DNA of 55,689 nucleotides from an uncultured Corynebacterium sp. (GTDB taxonomy: Bacteria; Actinomycetota; Actinomycetes; Actinomycetales; Dermabacteraceae), in NCBI GenBank assembly GCA_964535185.1, contig CAZHSL010000001.1, forward strand, positions 1 to 55,689, written 5' to 3'. The notes below the pieces were generated by a model. It searched no databases. It was not told the DNA's origin and was given only the letters and a program-made list of their open reading frames with translations. The translations under genes and the position numbers were made by a program. This document shows, in pieces, positions 48,818 through 55,689 of this stretch; position 1 is the first letter of the stretch; every line of letters starts with the position of its first letter.

Positions 48818-49882
48818 ATGAAGATCCTGTCCGTGGTGGGCGCGCGCCCGCAGTTCGTCAAGCTCGCCGCGATCGCGGACGCCGCCGCGCAGCGGGAGGA
48901 CGTCGAGCACGTCATCGTCCACACCGGACAGCACTACGACGCCGCGATGAGCGATGTGTTCTTCGCCGACCTGCGGATCCCGGCCCCGGACGTGAACCTC
49001 GCCGTCGGCTCCGGCTCCCACGGCCGCCAGACCGGGGCGATGCTGGCCGGGATGGACGAGGTGCTCGAGGAGCACCGCCCCGACTGGACCCTGGTCTACG
49101 GCGACACGAACTCCACCCTCGCCGGGACCCTGTCCGCGGTGAAGATGCACCTGCAGGTCGCCCACCTGGAGGCCGGGCTGCGCTCCTTCAACCGCCGCAT
49201 GCCCGAGGAGCACAACCGGGTCCTCACGGACCACGCCGCCGATCTGCTGCTGGCCCCCACCGAGGTGGCCCGGGAGCACCTGGCCGCCGAAGGGCTGGCC
49301 GAGCGCACCGTCGTCACCGGGGACGTGATGACCGATGTCTGCCTGCGCGTGGCCGACTCCGTCAAGGACACCCCGGTCGCCCTGCCCGAGGGCATCGACC
49401 CCGCCTCGCCCTACGCGGTCGCGACCATCCACCGTGCCGACAACACCGATGACCCCGCGCGTCTGGCCGCGATCGTCGCGGCCCTGCAGGGGCTCGAGAT
49501 CCCGCTGGCCCTGTTCGCCCACCCGCGGCTGGTCGCCAAGGCGAATGACGCCGGTATCGAGCTCGTCGGCGGCGCCGTCCACGTGGGCGAGCCCGTCGCC
49601 TATCCCGAGCTGGTGGGCGCCGTGCAGCACGCCGCGGCCGTGGTCACCGACTCCGGCGGTCTGCAGAAGGAGGCCTACCTGCTGGGCACCCCCTGCACCA
49701 CGGTCCGCTCCGAGACCGAATGGGTCGAGACTCTCGAGGGCGGGTGGAACCGTCTCGCCCTCGACCCCGCGGATCTCACCGCTGCGGTGGCCCGCCCCCG
49801 CCCCACTGCGTCACGGCCACCGCACTACGGCGACGGCCGCGCGGCCGAGCGCAGCGTCGACGCCCTGGTCGAGCACGCCTGA
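48818..49882 (+). CDS. wecB: non-hydrolysing UDP-GlcNAc 2-epimerase family, WbpI/WlbD-like
   Basis: GARPQFVK, HTGQHYD, GDTNST, HLEAGLRS, PEEHNR, TDSGGLQKEA. Confidence 0.9.
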   Translation: MKILSVVGARPQFVKLAAIADAAAQREDVEHVIVHTGQHYDAAMSDVFFADLRIPAPDVNLAVGSGSHGRQTGAMLAGMDEVLEEHRPDWTLVYGDTNSTLAGTLSAVKMHLQVAHLEAGLRSFNRRMPEEHNRVLTDHAADLLLAPTEVAREHLAAEGLAERTVVTGDVMTDVCLRVADSVKDTPVALPEGIDPASPYAVATIHRADNTDDPARLAAIVAALQGLEIPLALFAHPRLVAKANDAGIELVGGAVHVGEPVAYPELVGAVQHAAAVVTDSGGLQKEAYLLGTPCTTVRSETEWVETLEGGWNRLALDPADLTAAVARPRPTASRPPHYGDGRAAERSVDALVEHA

Positions 49883-51072
49883 TGCCGCGCTCGCGCACCG
49901 CCCGCCGCGGGCCCGGCAGGCCGCCGCACGTCGTCGTCGCCACTCGCGTCTTCACCCCGGAGCCGGCGGCGGCCGCCTTCCGGCAGGAGGCGCTGGTCCT
50001 CGCGCTCGAGAGGGCGGGGGCCGAGGTGAGCGTGCTGACCACCTCCGCCCCCGGCCCCGCACGGACCCCTTCCATGGCCGGGAGGGTCTCTCGCTGGCCC
50101 GTCAAGCGCGATCGGCAGGGGCAGGTGCGCGGATACCTCTCCTACCTCAGCTTCGACGTCCCGCTCGCCCTGCGTCTCCTGCTCCAGCGGCGGATGGACG
50201 CGCTGGTGCTCGAGCCGCCGCCCACCACCGGACTGGTCGGAATGGTCGCGGCGGCGATCCGGAGGGTGCCGTACACCTTCTACGCGGCCGACGTGTGGTC
50301 CGACGCGACCGACAGCGTCGAGGGCGTCCCGCCCCTGGTGCGGCAGGCGGTGCGCCGGGCCGAGACGGCCGTGTGGACCCGCGCCGCCCACGTTCTCACC
50401 ATCTCCCCGGGCGTGCAGCACCGCGTCCAGGAGCTCGTGGACGGCCGGGCGCGCGCCACCATGGTCGGCAACGGCATCGACGCCGCGACGTTCAGCGACC
50501 ACGGGGAGGACGGCGGGGAGAAGGGCCCGTACTTCGTCTACGCCGGGACCGTGTCCGAATGGCAGGGGGCGGGCGTGTTCGTCGAGGCGTTCGCACGAGT
50601 GCGGGAGGACCATCCCGACGCCCGCCTGCTGTTCTTCTCCGAGGGTTCGGGTCGTGATGCGCTCGAGGAGCGCGTACGCGCCGAGGGTCTCGAGGGGATC
50701 GAGTTCCGCGACCGCATCCCGCCCGCCGAGGTCGCCGCGCACCTGCGGGGCGCGGTCGCCGGCCTCTCCTCGATCACGCCCGGCCAGGGCTACGAGTTCG
50801 CCCTGCCCACGAAGATCTACGCCGCCACCTCGACCGGCACCCCGGTGATCCACGCCGGGGAGGGAGCGGCCCACGACCGCATCGCCGACCACGGCCTGGG
50901 ATGGGCGTGCGACCACGATCCCGCGGCGGTGGCCGCCGCCATGGACCGGGCCCTGCGCGGCGACGGCACGCCCACGCCGGGGCACCTGCGCCGTTGGACC
51001 CTGGAGAACGCCTCGCTGGCCGGATGCGCGGCGCAGGCGGCGGAGCAGGTGCTGGGGGACCTGCGGCGCTGA
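49882..51072 (+). CDS. GT4-like glycosyltransferase
   Basis: FTPE..AAAFR, EPPPTTG, DVWSD, YAGT...WQG, ALPTKIY; TGATG overlap. Confidence 0.82.
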   Translation: MPRSRTARRGPGRPPHVVVATRVFTPEPAAAAFRQEALVLALERAGAEVSVLTTSAPGPARTPSMAGRVSRWPVKRDRQGQVRGYLSYLSFDVPLALRLLLQRRMDALVLEPPPTTGLVGMVAAAIRRVPYTFYAADVWSDATDSVEGVPPLVRQAVRRAETAVWTRAAHVLTISPGVQHRVQELVDGRARATMVGNGIDAATFSDHGEDGGEKGPYFVYAGTVSEWQGAGVFVEAFARVREDHPDARLLFFSEGSGRDALEERVRAEGLEGIEFRDRIPPAEVAAHLRGAVAGLSSITPGQGYEFALPTKIYAATSTGTPVIHAGEGAAHDRIADHGLGWACDHDPAAVAAAMDRALRGDGTPTPGHLRRWTLENASLAGCAAQAAEQVLGDLRR

Positions 51073-51102
51073 GCGGCGCCGCAGGGAGGGGCGCAGGCCC
51101 GT

Positions 51103-52203
51103 TCAGAGGATCGCGCGCAGCCCGGGCACCTGTTTGCCGAGCAGGGAGATCGCGAACGACGCCGCCGTCACCACCACCAGCAGAGCGGTCACGGTGAGGA
51201 CGGACTCCTCCGGCCAGCCCAGCTCCCGCAGGCCCATCAGGACCGCGAAGTGGACGAGGAAGACGCCGAAGGTGGCGTCGCCGACACGGCGCAGCACCCG
51301 TTCCGTGCCCTCCGGGACGGTCCAGTCACGACCCAGGGCCATCAGGGCGACCACCAGCGTCAGGGAGAGCAGCATCACCGTCGGGGCCACGTAGGTGGGC
51401 AGCAGGAACTGCCCCGGAGGGGTGTCCGTGACGCGGGAGAGGTATGCCCATACGGTCGCGCCCGTGGTGAGCGGGACCGCTCCCAGCAGCAGCCACAGGG
51501 CACCGCGGCGCCCCACCGGTGCGGCCCAGGCGGCCCTGCCCAGCACGTAGTACCCGATGTACGGCAGGAAGTAGGTGAGCACCCCCAGCTCCAGAGGCAC
51601 CAGCGGCTCCTCGAGCAGCCCTGCGGTGAGGGTCGGCATCGCCATCACCACGAGGGTCCACCCGGTCGCCACCGCTCCGCAGATCCATGCCCGGTGCCCG
51701 GAGTCGCCCACGTAGGCGGCGACCACGGGGGTGATGACGGTCAGTCCTAGGATCAGCGGCAGGAAGTACAGGTGCGGGTAGGACGAGGCCGTCAGCAGGT
51801 CGAGGATCTCCTGGTGCCAGTTCGGGAACCCATCGGACAGCAGGATCCCCATCACCCCGGCGTAGAAGACGGTCCACACCACGGTGGCGGGGACCAGGCG
51901 ACGCAGCCGCCGCCCCAGGAATCGGGCCGAGCCGTCGCGCATCGCCGCCGGGGCCAGGTTCAGCGCCCCCGAGATCATGATGAAGGCGGGCACGGCGGTG
52001 GACAGCAGCGAGCGCAGCACGTGCATCGCGACAGTCGAGCCGGAGTCCAGGTGATCCGCGATGACGTGGACCGTGACCACTCCGGCCACCGCGACGATCC
52101 GCACCACGTCGAGCAGCGGCGAGTAGCGCCTCCCGCCTGCTGCGGCAGGCGCGGCGGACGGGATCCGCGGCGCCGCGCCCGAGCCGGGATCAGACGGGGT
52201 CAT
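51103..52203 (-). CDS. acyltransferase-3 family membrane O-acyltransferase
   Basis: LDVVRIVAVAGVVTVH, AVPAFIMISG, HLYFL, TFGVFLVH. Confidence 0.85.
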   Translation of the reverse strand: MTPSDPGSGAAPRIPSAAPAAAGGRRYSPLLDVVRIVAVAGVVTVHVIADHLDSGSTVAMHVLRSLLSTAVPAFIMISGALNLAPAAMRDGSARFLGRRLRRLVPATVVWTVFYAGVMGILLSDGFPNWHQEILDLLTASSYPHLYFLPLILGLTVITPVVAAYVGDSGHRAWICGAVATGWTLVVMAMPTLTAGLLEEPLVPLELGVLTYFLPYIGYYVLGRAAWAAPVGRRGALWLLLGAVPLTTGATVWAYLSRVTDTPPGQFLLPTYVAPTVMLLSLTLVVALMALGRDWTVPEGTERVLRRVGDATFGVFLVHFAVLMGLRELGWPEESVLTVTALLVVVTAASFAISLLGKQVPGLRAIL

Positions 52204-54121
52204 AGCTGCCGTCCCCGGGATCGCAGTCGATCTCGATCATGCGCGAGTGGTCCGTGCGGAACAGCACCGTCCCCAGGTCCGGGCCGGCGAGATTGACCGA
52301 GTCCGAGGTCTTGTGCAGGTTGTACGGGGTCAGCTCCTGGTAGACGTAGGCGATCCCGTTCTCCTCGAGCAGGCGGCAGTCGGCGGGATCCGTCGCGGCG
52401 TCCTCGGTGGCGTAGATGAGGTCGCGGTCCAGGTCGGTGTAGGCCATCCCCGCGACCGGCAGCCGCACGTCCTGGCCGAAGAGCGCGTACAGGTGCGCGG
52501 CGCCGGAGAAGGGGCTGGCCAGCACGGTGCCGTCGGGGTCCATGCGGGGTACGTGCTGCTCGAACAGGGCGCGCTCGTCGGCCTGCAGGAAGCGACCGCG
52601 GCCCGGGTAGTGCGCGGCGAGGTTCTTGGCGGCGTTGTCGCTGCGGGCGGGGATCGAGGTGAGGGCCGCCAGGACGGCCACGACCACCAGCACCGCCGTC
52701 ACCGCCGACGGGAGTCGGGGCGCGGAGCGCTCGGCGGCACGCCGCCCCAGCAGCCGCGCCCAGCACTGCAGCCCCGGCACCACCAGCACGGCGGACAGCA
52801 TCGCCAGCGGCATTGCGAGGCGGTCCTGACCGCGGTAGTACAGGGCGGAGAGGCCCAGCGGGGAGTCGAGCGCCGCATCGAGGTAGATCACGGCGGTCAC
52901 CACCCAGGCGACGGCGAGCCAGCGGTGGGACGCAGTGCGCATCGCAGTGACCAGGCCGGGCCACCACAGCACCGCGATCACCACCCCGAGCGCCATCGGC
53001 CATACCGTGAGCAGCCCCAGCAGCACCTCTCCGAGGGCGAGCCACCAGGACACCTCCAGGCCGCCGCTGAAGCCGGTCACGTGGGCACCCAGCGGGGTGT
53101 ATGACAGCAGCGCCACCGGCAGCGCGGCCAGCACCGGGACCGCGATCAGGGCCGGGCGGCGCCCCCATCGCGGGGCGGACGTCACCGCCGTCAGCACGGC
53201 CAGCAGGATCAGCGCCGTCACCGCGACGTTGGGGTGGGTGAGGCCGAGTCCGGCCCCTGCGGTCCCGACCGCGGCGACGGCAGCGAGCGCGGGACGCATG
53301 GCGGTGCCCGGTAGGAGCGCGCCCCACAGCGCGGCCGCCGCGGCGAGCGCCCCGGGGAGCGCCGCGAAGCCGACCAGGTTGGGGATGGGGGAGAGGTGGA
53401 TCCACAGGTCCAGCGGAGTGGCCGGGACCAGGGTCGCGGCGATGGCGGCCGCGAAGGGGGCCCAGGGCACTGCGGGCAGGACGGTGCGGGCCAGCAGAGC
53501 GGTGCCGAGGATCCAGGGCGTCACGGCCAGGGCCAGCACCGCGGCGTTGAGCAGCGTGGCGGTGGGGACGGCGGGGACCAGCGCGGCCAGCGCGTGGAAC
53601 GCCGCCGGGTAGTACGTGGAGTCGCCCTGCGTGTTGGAGATCGCGCCGACCTGCAGGCTCGAGGCGATGCCCGTCTCCCGCACGTGCTGCAGCGCAGAGA
53701 GGTGGTACAGGGTGTCCCAGCGCTCCAGCACCGCATCGGGGCGACCGGCCTGCAGCGCGATCGGCACGAGGGCGACCGCCACCGCCGCGGCGAGCCAGAC
53801 GGCGGCGCCGGGCACGGCGCGCCGCGGGGCCAGGGCACCGTCGAGCACCGTCGCGGGCAGCGTCGCCCCCATCCGGCGGAGCCCCGCCGCGGCGACGGCC
53901 AGCAGTGCGGTCACGAGCAGGAAGGGGATCAGCGACCAGCGGAGCCCGACCGCGGAGGCGAGGACGGCCCCGCCCCCGGCGATCGCTGCGGCCAGCGCCG
54001 GGGCCAGGGCCAGGGAGAGCAGGGGCGAGGCCTTCAGCATCCGTGCGACGGCGTACCCGGGAAGGTACGCCGCAGCGAGGACGAGGAGGAGGGCCAGGAC
54101 GAGCGCGGTCAGGGTGGTCAT
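52190..54121 (-). CDS. DUF6541-like multi-TM protein, putative GT-C glycosyltransferase (copy 2)
   Basis: WDTLYH, TYYPAAFH, THP, YY..QDRL, C-domain VLASPFSG. Confidence 0.7.
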   Translation of the reverse strand: MTTLTALVLALLLVLAAAYLPGYAVARMLKASPLLSLALAPALAAAIAGGGAVLASAVGLRWSLIPFLLVTALLAVAAAGLRRMGATLPATVLDGALAPRRAVPGAAVWLAAAVAVALVPIALQAGRPDAVLERWDTLYHLSALQHVRETGIASSLQVGAISNTQGDSTYYPAAFHALAALVPAVPTATLLNAAVLALAVTPWILGTALLARTVLPAVPWAPFAAAIAATLVPATPLDLWIHLSPIPNLVGFAALPGALAAAAALWGALLPGTAMRPALAAVAAVGTAGAGLGLTHPNVAVTALILLAVLTAVTSAPRWGRRPALIAVPVLAALPVALLSYTPLGAHVTGFSGGLEVSWWLALGEVLLGLLTVWPMALGVVIAVLWWPGLVTAMRTASHRWLAVAWVVTAVIYLDAALDSPLGLSALYYRGQDRLAMPLAMLSAVLVVPGLQCWARLLGRRAAERSAPRLPSAVTAVLVVVAVLAALTSIPARSDNAAKNLAAHYPGRGRFLQADERALFEQHVPRMDPDGTVLASPFSGAAHLYALFGQDVRLPVAGMAYTDLDRDLIYATEDAATDPADCRLLEENGIAYVYQELTPYNLHKTSDSVNLAGPDLGTVLFRTDHSRMIEIDCDPGDGSYDPV

Positions 54122-54540
54122 CCCTCCCGGTGGTGGAGAGCCGCCGCGCGGTACTCGGCCGGCGGGGTGGCCTCATCGAGCGCGAGACGCCGGGCAAGGT
54201 AGGTGGTGCGTTTCTCCGCGGCCTTGGTGCGTGCCTCCTGCAGCGCGAGGAATCCCAGCAGCACCAGCACGGTGGCGTAGAGGAGGAGATCCGCGCCGCG
54301 GCCGACGCCGACGAGGTTCGCCACCCGGCTGAGCATGCCCGGGAACAGCACCGTGAACACCGCGAACACGGCGAAGGCGATGATCAGCAGGCGTCGCACC
54401 GCCAGCTGCTTCGCGCCGCGCTTGATGAACAGCCAGGCCACGATCACCACGATCCCCAGCACCAGCAGCAGCTGGATGATGAAGGTGCGGTTCCCGACCA
54501 GGGTGGGTCCCAGTCCGAGGATCAGCTCCTGCTCGCCCAT
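54118..54540 (-). CDS. DUF2304 family small membrane protein
   Basis: Three TM segments, FP...A.LVGVGRGADLLLY, C-terminal LARRLAL; ATGA-coupled to DUF6541 copy 2. Confidence 0.8.
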   Translation of the reverse strand: MGEQELILGLGPTLVGNRTFIIQLLLVLGIVVIVAWLFIKRGAKQLAVRRLLIIAFAVFAVFTVLFPGMLSRVANLVGVGRGADLLLYATVLVLLGFLALQEARTKAAEKRTTYLARRLALDEATPPAEYRAAALHHREG

Positions 54541-54544
54541 CGGC

Positions 54545-55689
54545 TCAGCCCTCCTGCGCCTGCTGGTGGGTGGAGGCGGAGCCGTCGCCGAGGACGAGGC
54601 GGGGGGTGCCTGTCCAGTTCTCGGCGGTGGTGATGTTGCGGCCGTCCACGATCAGCTTCACCCCGGGCACGTCGCTGCTGCCCAGGTCCCGGTACTCGGG
54701 ATGGTTGGTCTGGACGATCACCAGATCCGCGGCCTCCCCCACGTGGTACGGGTCCCAGCCGAAGCCGGCCAGCTCCTCGTCGTCGTAGAACGTGTCGTGG
54801 ACCGCGACCTCCGCGCCGTGGGCGCGCAGCGCCTCGACCACCGGGAACACCCCGGAGAACGCGGTCTCCTTCACTCCGGCACGATAGGACGCACCCAGCA
54901 CCACGGCCTTCAATCCCTGCAGCTCGCCGAGCAGGTTCGCGGCCCGCTCCACCAGCCGCGCCGGGACCGAGGCGTTCAGGGTCCGGGCGGTGCGGACCGT
55001 CTCCGCGTGCTGATCGGTCGACAGGTACAGCCGCGGGTAGACCGGGATGCAGTGCCCGCCCACCGCGATCCCGGGCTGGTGGATGTGGGAGTAGGGCTGC
55101 GAGTTGCTGGCCTCGATCACCTTGTACACATCGATGCCGTTGTCCTGCGCGAACAGCGCGAACTCGTTGGCCAGGGCGATGTTCACATCCCGGTAGGTGG
55201 TCTCGGCGAGCTTCGCCAGCTCCGATGCCTCAGGAGAGCCGAGATCCCACACGCCGTTGGGCTTGTTCAGATCCGGACGCTCATCGAAGGTGAGCGCGGA
55301 CTCGTAGAACTCCCGGGCCCGCTGCGCACCGGCCTCGCTGATCGCCCCGATCAGCTTGGGATACTTCCGCAGGTCCTCGAACACGCGACCGGTCAGCACC
55401 CGCTCGGGGGAGAACACGGCGAAGAAGTCCTCCGACTCGCGCAGCCCCGAGATCTGCTCGATCATCGGCACGAACCGGGTGCGCAGCGTCCCCACCGGCA
55501 GGGTCGTCTCGTAGGAGACCAGGGTGCCGGGGGTGAGGTGCTCGGCCAGGGACTTCGTGGCGGCGTCCATCCAGGCGAAGTCCGGCTCCCACGAGGCGTC
55601 GTTCACGAACAGCGGCACCACGATCACCACCGCATCCGCGCCCGGGATCGCCTCGGCGTAGTCCGTGGTCGCCCGCAGCTTCCCGGCCG
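54545..55689 (-). CDS. UDP-HexNAc 6-dehydrogenase, WbpA/WecC-like (3' part; start lies beyond the window)
   Basis: ETTLPVG, SPERV, KLAETTYRDVNIALANE, VGGHCIP catalytic Cys, VDGRN; frame open to the window edge. Confidence 0.9.
   Translation of the reverse strand, partial: AGKLRATTDYAEAIPGADAVVIVVPLFVNDASWEPDFAWMDAATKSLAEHLTPGTLVSYETTLPVGTLRTRFVPMIEQISGLRESEDFFAVFSPERVLTGRVFEDLRKYPKLIGAISEAGAQRAREFYESALTFDERPDLNKPNGVWDLGSPEASELAKLAETTYRDVNIALANEFALFAQDNGIDVYKVIEASNSQPYSHIHQPGIAVGGHCIPVYPRLYLSTDQHAETVRTARTLNASVPARLVERAANLLGELQGLKAVVLGASYRAGVKETAFSGVFPVVEALRAHGAEVAVHDTFYDDEELAGFGWDPYHVGEAADLVIVQTNHPEYRDLGSSDVPGVKLIVDGRNITTAENWTGTPRLVLGDGSASTHQQAQEG

Overview
High-GC actinobacterial chromosome segment (gene content and order suggest Micrococcales, possibly Brachybacterium-like; taxon is inference). 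I found no rRNA, tRNA, CRISPR array or mobile element. 1-34.4 kb is largely core genome: partial sdhA with sdhD/sdhC; manC; an M20 amidohydrolase; a nucleoside uptake/salvage region (BMP-type ABC transporter, cdd, deoA, deoC, phosphomutase, purine nucleoside phosphorylase) interrupted by a P-loop kinase-NUDIX fusion and a three-gene Nramp-like transporter/GntR/IdnD-like islet; lpdA; acyl-CoA carboxylase genes with maf and DUF885; birA; a class III adenylate cyclase; a two-component pair; purK and purE. 34.4 kb to the end is an accessory cell-surface glycan locus. It encodes an apparently complete WbpA/B/E/D/I-type route to a 2,3-diacetamido-uronic acid, six GT-B domains, a single-subunit ABC exporter, two GT-C-like (DUF6541-like) membrane proteins, a DUF2304-like protein and two acyltransferase-3 proteins. 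Best leads: (i) this glycan system; (ii) four tiny ORFs translationally coupled at both ends that bridge gene gaps; (iii) a -10 box plus CRP/GlxR-like site hidden in birA upstream of the cyclase; (iv) the kinase-NUDIX fusion; (v) the DPGN-less Nramp-like islet. All family assignments come from motif recognition by eye; no searches were run.
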